A stretch of 64,000 bases of DNA from an uncultured Chlamydiae bacterium. Its GTDB lineage: Bacteria > Chlamydiota > Chlamydiia > Chlamydiales > CACLRR01. The stretch lies in NCBI GenBank assembly GCA_902609415.1, contig CACLRR010000002.1, forward strand, positions 32,182-96,181. Direction: 5' to 3'. Below are positions 29,143-38,369 of the stretch, in pieces. Position 1 is the first letter of the stretch. Every line of letters begins with the position of its first letter. A program made the translations under genes and the position numbers. A model generated the notes under the pieces. It was not told the DNA's origin. It made no database searches and saw nothing but the letters and a program-made list of their open reading frames with translations.

Positions 29143-30099
29143 GTGGGTTTTTTAAATTTATTTAAGCGATCAAAACCGAAGATTAAAATTAAAACTACGA
29201 AGAAGGATGGTTTTAGTGGATGGATGAAATGTTCTGGATGCCAGGAGATGATTCATGCAAATGAGTTAAAAGAAAATTTACATTGTTGCAACAAGTGTGG
29301 ATTTCATTACCGATTTTCTGTGGAACAGCGTGTAGCGCAGCTTATTGACAAGGGAACATTTGAAGAATTATTTAAGGAAGTTTCTCCTGTAGATCCGTTA
29401 GAGTTTGAAGATCAGGAGAAGTATAGTGACAGAATAGCAAGAAGCCAGAAGAAGACGGGGAAAAAGGATGCTCTTCTTGCTGGTGTAGGTGACATTGAAG
29501 GAATTAGAGTGGCTCTTGGAGTAATGGATTTCAGCTTTATGGGTGGTTCAATGGGTTCTGTTGTAGGAGAAAAAATCACTTTACTAGTAGAGCATGCCAT
29601 AAAGCATAAGTTGGGTGTGATTCTGGTTACTTGCTCTGGCGGCGCGCGAATGCAAGAGTCAATTTTTTCTTTAATGCAAATGGCAAAGACTTCAACTGCA
29701 CTGGCAAAGCTAGGTGAGCATGCTCTTCCTTATATTGCGGTATTAACCAATCCAACAACAGGTGGTGTGACTGCATCTTTTGCTACATTAGGTGATGTTA
29801 TTGTTGCAGAACCTAATGCACTTATTGGATTTGCAGGACCTAGAGTTGTAGAGCAGACTATTGGTCAGAAATTGCCACCCGGAGCCCAGCGCTCGGAGTT
29901 TTTATTGGAAAATGGGATGATTGATTCTATTAGTCATCGTAAGGATTTAAAGGAAAAAATAGCCTACTTCTTAAAATGTTTTATGCATAAACAGAACAAT
30001 GTTGTACAATCTCTTTCAGAAAGAAGCCAAGGTGATAATGACTATAAAAGTAGAATTATCAAGTTCTTAACTGCAGCTGTTAGTGGTGAGAAAGGCTAA
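29143..30099 (+). CDS. accD: acetyl-CoA carboxylase carboxyltransferase beta subunit
   Basis: C4 zinc finger, [42 protein letters not shown]. Confidence 0.98.
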   Translation: MGFLNLFKRSKPKIKIKTTKKDGFSGWMKCSGCQEMIHANELKENLHCCNKCGFHYRFSVEQRVAQLIDKGTFEELFKEVSPVDPLEFEDQEKYSDRIARSQKKTGKKDALLAGVGDIEGIRVALGVMDFSFMGGSMGSVVGEKITLLVEHAIKHKLGVILVTCSGGARMQESIFSLMQMAKTSTALAKLGEHALPYIAVLTNPTTGGVTASFATLGDVIVAEPNALIGFAGPRVVEQTIGQKLPPGAQRSEFLLENGMIDSISHRKDLKEKIAYFLKCFMHKQNNVVQSLSERSQGDNDYKSRIIKFLTAAVSGEKG

Positions 30100-30130
30100 T
30101 TTTTTTAATTTTCGAGCAGGGGTTGCTAGT

Positions 30131-30565
30131 ATGAATAGAATACGTATATCTGTTAATAGGGAAGAGTTGAAGCCAACCTACACAACTAAAGGGGCAGCAG
30201 GAGCGGATATAAGGGCAGATATAGAAAATAGTATTATTCTGAAGCATAATGAGAGAATTCTAGTACCTACAGGTATATCTTGTGAAATTCCAGAGGGATT
30301 TGAAATTCAAATAAGGCCTCGAAGTGGATTGGCATTAAAGCATGGTATTACTGTTTTGAATGCACCAGGAACGATTGATAGTGATTATCGTGGGGAAATT
30401 AAGGTTATACTGATAAATTTTGGTGGGTATGATTTTGAAATTGAGCCTATGATGAGAATTGCTCAGATTGTGGTGGCACCTGTTGTAGTAGCAGAATTTG
30501 ATATTATGAGAGAGTTAAGTGAAACTGCGCGTGGATCAGGTGGATTCGGACATACAGGAGCTTAG
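30131..30565 (+). CDS. dut: dUTP diphosphatase
   Basis: [39 protein letters not shown]. Confidence 0.98.
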   Translation: MNRIRISVNREELKPTYTTKGAAGADIRADIENSIILKHNERILVPTGISCEIPEGFEIQIRPRSGLALKHGITVLNAPGTIDSDYRGEIKVILINFGGYDFEIEPMMRIAQIVVAPVVVAEFDIMRELSETARGSGGFGHTGA

Positions 30566-30572
30566 TTAGACA

Positions 30573-31052
30573 ATGCCATTATTATTTAAAAAGAAGAAAC
30601 TAGAACTAGAAGACTATTTATGTGAGCCAAGGAATGTGGCTTTTATAGAGGGTAATGACCCACTTAGCGCTATTAATAAGTTGATAGAATTAGCAATAAA
30701 GGATGAGTCTACAATATCAAGAGAGGTTATTTTTGAAGCGATACAGAAGAGAGAGGAGATCATCTCCACGGGGATCGGTGTAGGTATTGCTCTTCCGCAT
30801 GCAAAGGTGGATGATATTGATGATTTTTATATTGCCTTAGGTATTCATAAGGGAGAGGGAATAGTATGGAATTCTATAGACAAGGAACCTGTTAAGATAA
30901 TTTTTTTAATTATTGGCCCAAGTTCTAAACCTAAAGAATATCTACAAATATTATCTAAAATTACTACAATATTAAGAAATAATGAAAAACGAGAAGAGCT
31001 TGTTTGGTCAAGAAGTGTAGAAGAAGTAGTCAATATATTAGAAAGATGCTAG
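30573..31052 (+). CDS. ptsN: PTS IIA (Ntr/fructose-type) protein
   Basis: REEIISTGIGVGIALPHAK phospho-His motif. Confidence 0.92.
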   Translation: MPLLFKKKKLELEDYLCEPRNVAFIEGNDPLSAINKLIELAIKDESTISREVIFEAIQKREEIISTGIGVGIALPHAKVDDIDDFYIALGIHKGEGIVWNSIDKEPVKIIFLIIGPSSKPKEYLQILSKITTILRNNEKREELVWSRSVEEVVNILERC

Positions 31053-31083
31053 ATTGCTCTTGTTTTTAGATAAGGAAGGTTGC

Positions 31084-31767
31084 ATGGATTTTAACAAGAA
31101 AGATATTTCGGAATTATTTAATATATCTGAAAGGACAGTAGAGCGTTTAGTGGATGAGGATAAAGTCCCTTTTTATACAATAAATGGTGAAGTATACTTC
31201 TCTAGGGAAGAGATCGAGGAGTGGATCTATGCATCTAAGGAATTTGTATCTGTTAGCGGTGAGCCCGGAATAAGTCAGTGGCGCCTTTATAGCTTATATA
31301 GAGCGATTCATAAAGGTCTTGTGATAAGAGATAGTGGTTCCAAGACAAAAGAGGAAGTGATTACTAATACCATTAGTAAGATAGCTGAGAAGGTGGATAT
31401 AGATCCCCAGGTTGTTTGTGAGCTTTTTCTAGCACGTGAAGAGGTTATGCCTACAGGTCTTACAAAGGGTGTTGCGGCACCACATTCAAGAGATTTTTAT
31501 ATGAAGGGAATTTCAGATATAGTGGTATTTGTCTTTTTTGACGAGGCTATTGAGTGGGGCTCTTTGGATAATGAGAGGGTACACACGGCCTGTTTCTTGC
31601 TTGCGTGTGATGATAAAAGGCATTTAAATCTTTTAGCAAAGATAGCACACCTAACAAATGCAGAAGAATCACAGAAACTTCTTCGATCAAAACCAAATAA
31701 GGATGATCTTCTGAATTATATTAAGAGATGGGAACCCTCAGTAGGAAGATCTCCTTTATCTGTTTAG
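31084..31767 (+). CDS. ptsN: HTH + PTS IIA fusion (chlamydial PtsN)
   Basis: N-terminal excisionase-like HTH, REEVMPTGLTKGVAAPHSR, HLNLLAKIAHL. Confidence 0.9.
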   Translation: MDFNKKDISELFNISERTVERLVDEDKVPFYTINGEVYFSREEIEEWIYASKEFVSVSGEPGISQWRLYSLYRAIHKGLVIRDSGSKTKEEVITNTISKIAEKVDIDPQVVCELFLAREEVMPTGLTKGVAAPHSRDFYMKGISDIVVFVFFDEAIEWGSLDNERVHTACFLLACDDKRHLNLLAKIAHLTNAEESQKLLRSKPNKDDLLNYIKRWEPSVGRSPLSV

Positions 31768-31787
31768 ATAGAACTGCCCAAGGAAGA

Positions 31788-34313
31788 TTAATCTTTATTG
31801 TTAGGTAGTTGAGCTGCTAGTTGTTTTTTGCTTCCTTTCTTCTTCGCCTGATCCTTAACCAGGATTATTTTGTTATCACTAAGGGTAACAAGAATAGTTC
31901 CATCGATTTTTGGGTCTTCTAGGATCATTTCAGCAAGAGGATCTTCTACTAGTTGCTCTACGCAGCGCCTAACTGGTCGCGCTCCCATTTCCTTCTGGTA
32001 GCCTTTTTGAGAAAGGAATCTGATTGCTGATTCATCAATTTTAAGCATTAGGTCTTTTTTAAGAATACGCGTTTGTAACTTTTTAAACTCGAGCTTAACT
32101 AGATCTAGAAGCTGAGGCTTATCAAATGCTCTAAAGATAATGTTGCCATCGAGTCTATTAATAAATTCCGGTTTGAGCTGTTTTTTGACAGCTTTATCAA
32201 TTTGTTGTTTCATTGTATCGAAGTCTACAGCATCTGGATTTGAGTGGAAGCCTACTTCTGTAGATGATCTGATTAATTCTGAGCCTAGGTTAGAGGTAAG
32301 AATGATCACAGTATTTTTGAAATTGATTTTTCTACCTAGCGAGTCTGTAAGCTGTCCTTCTTCAAGAATCTGTAGGAGGATATTGATGACGTCAGGGTGG
32401 GCTTTTTCAATTTCATCAAATAGCACGACTGAATAAGGTTTTTGACGTACTTTTTCAGTAAGCTGGCCACCTTCTTCATGTCCTACATATCCAGGAGGGG
32501 ATCCTGTCATTCTCGATACGGCAAATTTTTCCATATACTCGGACATGTCGACTTGTATGAGAGCATCTTCACCACCAAAGAGCTGATTTGCTAGCTCTTT
32601 TGCAAGGAGCGTTTTTCCAACACCTGTGGGACCTAGGAAGAGGAAGGCACCGATAGGACGTTTTGGATCTTTGATGTCTGCCCTAGACCTACGTATTGAT
32701 TTACAGATACTTGATATGGCATCATTTTGCCCAACAATCTCTTTTTGAAGGGATTCTTCCATGTTGAGTATTTTACGTGTTTCAGTTTCTGTAATACGGT
32801 GGAGGGGGATTCCTGTTTGTTTAGAAATGATTGTGCCTATATCATCAGCTGACACGATAGGTTTTTTTTCTTCTTTGCTCTTTTCCCACTGGTTTCTTAT
32901 TCGGAGAAGCTTAGCTTTGAGTTTTTTTTCTTCGTCTCTGAATTTGGCAGCCTTTTCATATTCCTGGGAGCTTATGGCATTTTCTTTTTTTGTGACAAGT
33001 TCATCAATATCTTTATCAAATTGTGTGATTTCCTTTGGCTGATGGAGTACATAGATTCTTGCACTGGCACCAGCAACGTCAAGAAGATCGATAGCTTTAT
33101 CTGGCTGAAACCTTCCTGAGATATAGCGATCGGAGAGCTCCACAGCTTCTCTGATTGCTTCATCTTCATAAACACACTGATGGTGATCTTCATATTTTCC
33201 TTTTAGGCCTTGGAGTATTTGATAGGTTTCGTCAAGAGAGGGAGGAGGAACTAGAACTTGTTGGAATCTTCTTTCTAGAGCGCCATCTTTTTCTATATGC
33301 TTGCGATATTCATCAATTGTTGTAGCTCCAATACATTGGATCTCTCCTCTTGAAAGGGAGGGTTTGAGGATGTTAGATGCATCTATAGCTCCTTCTGCTG
33401 CACCCGCCCCAACTATTGTATGCATCTCATCTATAAAGAGGAGGATGTTTCCATTTTTCTTTACCTCATCGAGTACTGCCTTAATTCTTTCCTCAAATTG
33501 GCCACGATATTTTGTTCCAGCAATCATGAGTGTTAGGTCTAGAGTGATAAGTGTTTTGTTAGCAAGGTTTTCTGGAACCTCACCTTTGGTAATAGCATGG
33601 GCTAATCCTTCAACAATAGCTGTTTTTCCAACACCTGGCTCTCCCATCAAGACAGGGTTGTTTTTCCTTCTTCTGCAAAGGATCAGTATTAATTGTTCTA
33701 CCTCTTTTTTTCTACCGATGACAGGGTCTAAAAGACCATCTTTGCACATCTGAGTCAGGTCATGCCCATAAGCTTTAAGTGCATGCATCTTGTCAGTAGA
33801 GGATCCAATCTTTTCTCCCGACTTACTACCTTGAGTGGATCCAATGGAGAGTGGGGGAATTTGAAGATTGAATGCTTCAAGCTCTTTTAGGATTTCAGCT
33901 TTTATTTCTTTAATATTCACATTTAGATGTTCAAGGACTTGTATAACAGAGCCAGATTGTTCTTCTTCATTTATCATTGCAAGAAGAAGATGCTCTGTTC
34001 CTACGTAGTTGTGGTTTTGAGAAAGAGCTTCCTTGTTAGCTGAATCAAATGTTTTTTTTACTTTAGGCGTGAGAACAGGGTCAGCATATACCTGTAGTTC
34101 AGGGCCATAACCTACAACATCTTCAACTGCCTGCTTAACCTTGTCATAATCAATTTGAAAAGTTTTTAGTACATTTGTAGCAATGCCTTGGTTTAATTTT
34201 AAAAGACCTAAAAGCAGGTGCTCTGTTCCCAAATAGTTGTGATTGAAGCTTTGAGCTTCTTTTTTTGCTAGTTTGATGACTTGTTTAGCTCTATTGGTGA
34301 ACTTCTCAAACAT
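31788..34313 (-). CDS. clpC: ATP-dependent Clp protease ATPase ClpC
   Basis: Clp N-domains (GTEHLLL x2), [11 protein letters not shown] motif, [14 protein letters not shown]. Confidence 0.98.
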   Translation of the reverse strand: MFEKFTNRAKQVIKLAKKEAQSFNHNYLGTEHLLLGLLKLNQGIATNVLKTFQIDYDKVKQAVEDVVGYGPELQVYADPVLTPKVKKTFDSANKEALSQNHNYVGTEHLLLAMINEEEQSGSVIQVLEHLNVNIKEIKAEILKELEAFNLQIPPLSIGSTQGSKSGEKIGSSTDKMHALKAYGHDLTQMCKDGLLDPVIGRKKEVEQLILILCRRRKNNPVLMGEPGVGKTAIVEGLAHAITKGEVPENLANKTLITLDLTLMIAGTKYRGQFEERIKAVLDEVKKNGNILLFIDEMHTIVGAGAAEGAIDASNILKPSLSRGEIQCIGATTIDEYRKHIEKDGALERRFQQVLVPPPSLDETYQILQGLKGKYEDHHQCVYEDEAIREAVELSDRYISGRFQPDKAIDLLDVAGASARIYVLHQPKEITQFDKDIDELVTKKENAISSQEYEKAAKFRDEEKKLKAKLLRIRNQWEKSKEEKKPIVSADDIGTIISKQTGIPLHRITETETRKILNMEESLQKEIVGQNDAISSICKSIRRSRADIKDPKRPIGAFLFLGPTGVGKTLLAKELANQLFGGEDALIQVDMSEYMEKFAVSRMTGSPPGYVGHEEGGQLTEKVRQKPYSVVLFDEIEKAHPDVINILLQILEEGQLTDSLGRKINFKNTVIILTSNLGSELIRSSTEVGFHSNPDAVDFDTMKQQIDKAVKKQLKPEFINRLDGNIIFRAFDKPQLLDLVKLEFKKLQTRILKKDLMLKIDESAIRFLSQKGYQKEMGARPVRRCVEQLVEDPLAEMILEDPKIDGTILVTLSDNKIILVKDQAKKKGSKKQLAAQLPNNKD

Positions 34314-34340
34314 AAGTAAAATCCTTTTTTTATTAGAACT

Positions 34341-34369
34341 AGTATACTCTCTTTTCTCTTTGTTGTAAA
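34341..34369 (-). promoter_or_regulatory. sigma66-type promoter of clpC
   Basis: minus strand TTTACA-17 bp-TATACT, about 28 nt upstream of ATG 34313. Confidence 0.6.
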
Positions 34370-34411
34370 TTAACTAGATCCTTTGAGTAAAGCATAAATT
34401 TAATTTTTCAG

Positions 34412-35101
34412 GTGGTAATGATGAAGATTGTAGATACAGAAAGAGCTAGCGCTGAAAAAATAATGCAGTTAGACCAGGAGCTATTAAATATGATGCATCC
34501 TGATGATCCACCTATACTACATTTTTATGAATGGGAAGAGCCTAGCGCAACCTTTGGGCTCTTTGTTGAATTGAATAAATTTATTAATTCTGCAGGCCAA
34601 GCGAAGATTGCTTTTGCAAAAAGGCCAACAGGAGGCGGTCTAATTTTTCATTTGTGGGATTTTGCCTTTTCTATTCTTGTGGGTTCAAATCATCCTGATT
34701 ACCCAAAGAATGATATTCTTGCTAGATATAGGATGATTAATAGCAAGCTCGTTGATCTTCTTAACCCCTTTATAAAAAGAGATCCGACACTTCTTCAGGC
34801 GGAGCAAGAGGCCTCTAGTATGGTAAAGCGTTTCTGTATGGCCTCGCCTACAAAATTTGATGTGATGGTAGGGGGGAAAAAGCTTGTAGGATCTGCTATC
34901 AGAGCTAAAAAAAATGGTTTTTTGTATCAAGGAACAATCTCTCTCTATAAACCTGATTATGATCTATTGGAGTTGATCTTAAATGAGTCTATTAGAGATG
35001 AGGTGATTTGTAAAATAAAGGAGTCTAGCTATTATTTAGGTGAAATGATAGATCCAGGAGAGTTGAAGGGGGTATTATCTAAGCTTAGGCTTTACAACTA
35101 A
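34412..35101 (+). CDS. lplA: lipoate-protein ligase A family protein
   Basis: MQLDQELL, LHFYEW, KRPTGGG, DVMVGGKKLVGSA, YQGTI; chlamydial position beside clpC. Confidence 0.88.
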   Translation: MVMMKIVDTERASAEKIMQLDQELLNMMHPDDPPILHFYEWEEPSATFGLFVELNKFINSAGQAKIAFAKRPTGGGLIFHLWDFAFSILVGSNHPDYPKNDILARYRMINSKLVDLLNPFIKRDPTLLQAEQEASSMVKRFCMASPTKFDVMVGGKKLVGSAIRAKKNGFLYQGTISLYKPDYDLLELILNESIRDEVICKIKESSYYLGEMIDPGELKGVLSKLRLYN

Positions 35102-35127
35102 GGATTTACTAGTTATTATTACTGCCT

Positions 35128-36582
35128 ATGAATAAGAAAAGATCTGCAATATCCCCTATACGGGAAGACAATTATCCTGAGTGGTATCAGGAAGTGATTA
35201 AGGCTGCTGAGTTGGCAGAACACGCTGTAGTACGTGGCTGTATGGTGATTAAGCCTTATGGATATGCCTTATGGGAAAACATTGTCTCTTATCTAGATAA
35301 GAGTTTTAAGGCAAGGGGGGTGCAGAACGCCTATTTTCCTATGTTTATTCCAGTTTCGCATCTTGAAAGAGAGGCAGAGCATGTAGAGGGTTTTGCAACA
35401 GAAACAGCTGTTGTTACTCATAGGCGCTTGAAGAAAAATGGAGATAGGTTAGAGCCTTCATCACCACTTGAAGAAGCTTTAGTGATAAGGCCTACGTCTG
35501 AGATGGTTATTGGAGACTGTTTTAAGAAGTGGATTGAGTCCTATCGTGATTTACCTTTAAAGATTAATCAGTGGGCAAATGTTGTGAGAATGGAGATGAG
35601 GCCGAGGCTATTCCTCCGTACGTCTGAGTTTTTGTGGCAGGAGGGACATACTGCACATTCAAGCAAAGAGGAGGCTCAAGCTGAAGCAAAAGAGATGTTA
35701 GATCTTTATGCTAAGTTTATGGAAAAAGAATTAGCAATCCCAATTTTTCGTGGTGAAAAATCAGAGGCTGAAAGATTTCCTGGGGCAGTGACTACCTATA
35801 CATTTGAAGCAATGATGCAAGATGGTAAAGCTTTGCAAGGTGGAACCTCGCATTTCATGGGTACAAATTTTGCAAGGGCTATAGGAATTGAGTATACTAA
35901 CGGTGCTGGAGCAAAAACATTTGCAGAAACGACCTCTTGGGGAGTGTCAACAAGGCTTATTGGAGCAATGATCATGGTCCACAGTGATGATGATGGGCTT
36001 ATTCTCCCTCCTAGAGTGGCTCCTTATCAGATTGTGTTTAATCCCTTCTCTCTGGATGAAGCGGTTTTAAACTATATTGAGGAATGGAAATCTAGACTAA
36101 AAGGTTTTAGGATTCATGTTGATAAATCAGGTATGTGTGGATCGAAGTGGAAATGGATTAAAAAAGGTGTGCCTATTAGAGTAGACATTGGGATGCGCGA
36201 TATAGAATCGGGAAAATTTAATATTTCAATACGCTCTAAACACCATGAAAAGTATACTTTCACTCAAGATGAGTTTGTTGACCAACTAGGTGCTCTACTT
36301 GAAAAAGAGCAGCAAGATCTTTATGATAGAGCTCTAGCCTACAGAGAAGACAAGATGGTTCATGTAGATAACCTAGATGCATTTAAGAAGGCTTGCAAAG
36401 AGAAGGAGCACCGTTTTATTTTTGCTCCCTTTGCTGCAAATAAGGGTTTAGAGAGTGAGATTAAGGAAAAGTATGGTGTCACCATTCGGTGTTATCCTGA
36501 AGAGATGGATTTTGAAACTAAGCCATGTATCTTTTCAGGCTCTAATGATTCAAGAATAGCTATTTTTGCGCACTCCTATTGA
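35128..36582 (+). CDS. proS: proline--tRNA ligase, archaeal/eukaryote-like type
   Basis: EWYQEVIKAAEL, RPTSE, NQWANVVRMEMRPRLFLRTSEFLWQEGHT, TSWGVSTR, C-terminal Tyr. Confidence 0.97.
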   Translation: MNKKRSAISPIREDNYPEWYQEVIKAAELAEHAVVRGCMVIKPYGYALWENIVSYLDKSFKARGVQNAYFPMFIPVSHLEREAEHVEGFATETAVVTHRRLKKNGDRLEPSSPLEEALVIRPTSEMVIGDCFKKWIESYRDLPLKINQWANVVRMEMRPRLFLRTSEFLWQEGHTAHSSKEEAQAEAKEMLDLYAKFMEKELAIPIFRGEKSEAERFPGAVTTYTFEAMMQDGKALQGGTSHFMGTNFARAIGIEYTNGAGAKTFAETTSWGVSTRLIGAMIMVHSDDDGLILPPRVAPYQIVFNPFSLDEAVLNYIEEWKSRLKGFRIHVDKSGMCGSKWKWIKKGVPIRVDIGMRDIESGKFNISIRSKHHEKYTFTQDEFVDQLGALLEKEQQDLYDRALAYREDKMVHVDNLDAFKKACKEKEHRFIFAPFAANKGLESEIKEKYGVTIRCYPEEMDFETKPCIFSGSNDSRIAIFAHSY

Positions 36583-36583
36583 T

Positions 36584-36877
36584 TTAATAACCTTCGGTGG
36601 GTAAGTAACTAGGAAAAGCTATTTTTATGTGTTCCTTATCTGAACTAGAAGATGCATATAAATCTTTTCGGATTGTATCTAGAGTATCGATTAGATGGGT
36701 TAAGCGGGTTGTTTCGTGATAAAATGAATTAAGGGTTGGTGTTGGTTTTCCTGATGCAACTTCTGTTTCTAAGAGTTGTAAGTATTTTATTGTAGCTTCA
36801 TCTGAGAAATCAAGTGTTGCTGGCTTATCTTAGCTTTCTTCTTCCTGACTTTTCCATCTAAGCATTGCTAAAATTCA
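36584..36877 (-). pseudogene. in-frame decayed C-terminal repeat unit of the Inc-like gene
   Basis: same frame as 36878-38137 behind TGA TGA and an internal TAA (36830-36832); peptide repeats the last domain (FSDE/FSEE, LDTI..LY, IKIA..Y). Confidence 0.7.
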
Positions 36878-38137
36878 TCATAGAGTCTCTTTGTTTCCGT
36901 AATCATCAATAGCTATTTTTATTGCAGCCATGTCTATATGATCTTGCCCTTCATATAATTCTACAGAGATTGTATCTAGAGCAGATTTTATATGTCCTAA
37001 ACGTTCCAGCAATTTAGCATGGGATTGTCTATCGTCAAGTACTGGGATTCTACCTATGGTTCTAAATTCTGATGCCAATAATGGGAGGCATTCTAGTTGA
37101 TTTTCCTCAGAGAAGGCCTTTTCATAGTCCTCAGGTCGCATGTCTAGACTACTGGATGGATTACCTCTATATTCAAGTGCTCTTATAAAAGATAATATCT
37201 TCTGTATACGACCCTGATCATGTACACCTTTCATTATTATATAATCTGAGGGATTTGTTCTTCCAGTTGGTCTAAATTGTTCAAATTGTGCAAGTTGAAA
37301 TTCTAATACATCTCGAATTGCGCCATCATATTGTACTAAGGTAATTATTTCGTGACAACTGAAGTACTCAAGAGGGTGCCTTAGGACGTTAGTATAAGTG
37401 CCGCTTTCTTCATCGTAGTACCTTGCTAGAAGTTTTTCTATGTCTGGTAGTGGGGGGAGCTCATCTTCTAGAGCGTCACTGATGGATTCATTAATTGCTT
37501 TAGGAATACTTACACCTTCTGATAATTTACCAAAAACAGGCCGGTAAAAGACAGCATATGTTGAAACCATATCGTCAAGGATTTCCTGTGTTGCAAGTCT
37601 TAGTAGCATGGAAGCTGAGATTTCTCCTTCCTCATCGTATGCCGTTTTTACAGGGCTATAGAGTGCAGATTCTCTTTGTTGTAGTAGCTCTAGATCCTCT
37701 GGTTTGAAAAACTCTCTTGCATTTATTGTGTATTTATCAGCATGTTTTTTTCTCTGTACTTTATCTAGAAAATCAACTTGGTCTTGATCACCGAAAGAAT
37801 CATGTAATTCTTCGTGAATCTCAAGGACAAGATTCGTGAATTTCAAATAGTTCTCTTCTTCCAACGCTTCCGAAAAAGTAGCTGTTGCAACTGCGCTAGT
37901 TTTTTCTGTAGTGTCATTAGAAGAGCTTGTAGTGTAAATTTTACCGATGATTGCTATTCCTAAGAATGCTACTACAAATCCTATTGGTCCAAACAGACAA
38001 GTTGCTGCTACAATCACACTAATAGCTGCTAATGCAATGGTAGTTATTAGTGAAGTCTTAAAATCATCTTCTTCTAATTTAAGATCAGGGCTCGAAAGAG
38101 CTTGCATATAGACTGGGTAGTGAGAGTAAGCATCCAT
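36878..38137 (-). CDS. Inc-like inclusion membrane protein / candidate T3SS effector
   Basis: bilobed hydrophobic domain LITTIALAAISVIVAATCLFGPIGFVVAFLGIAIIG near the N-terminus, no Sec signal, acidic helical remainder; ATG 38137 follows AAGGTG. Confidence 0.7.
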   Translation of the reverse strand: MDAYSHYPVYMQALSSPDLKLEEDDFKTSLITTIALAAISVIVAATCLFGPIGFVVAFLGIAIIGKIYTTSSSNDTTEKTSAVATATFSEALEEENYLKFTNLVLEIHEELHDSFGDQDQVDFLDKVQRKKHADKYTINAREFFKPEDLELLQQRESALYSPVKTAYDEEGEISASMLLRLATQEILDDMVSTYAVFYRPVFGKLSEGVSIPKAINESISDALEDELPPLPDIEKLLARYYDEESGTYTNVLRHPLEYFSCHEIITLVQYDGAIRDVLEFQLAQFEQFRPTGRTNPSDYIIMKGVHDQGRIQKILSFIRALEYRGNPSSSLDMRPEDYEKAFSEENQLECLPLLASEFRTIGRIPVLDDRQSHAKLLERLGHIKSALDTISVELYEGQDHIDMAAIKIAIDDYGNKETL

Positions 38138-38305
38138 AATAATCACCTTAATTTTATACTATATTATTATAATAAAGTTTTAATTACAAGTAATTAATAA
38201 AATTTGTCTAAAAATCACCCATTTCGTAATAACAATAATTTTAATAGAGAGAGGTCCTAGGCCAAATATATTATAAATTATTTTAATTTTGACGGGTTTC
38301 CCTCC

Positions 38306-38334
38306 TTGCGCAAAAGCGTTTAAGTTGCTATATT
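38306..38334 (+). promoter_or_regulatory. sigma66-type promoter
   Basis: TTGCGC-17 bp-TATATT with extended -10 TG, 35 nt before ATG 38370. Confidence 0.55.
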
Positions 38335-38369
38335 CGTTAGATTAAAAAGAAATCTTTGGGAATGATGCT

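Noticed and set aside
32140-33753. Long antisense ORFs inside clpC, and similar shadow ORFs in mfd, alaS, pepA, dnaA and murE
   Set aside because: They lie opposite or within well-conserved genes, have no motifs or RBS, and are expected from codon bias.
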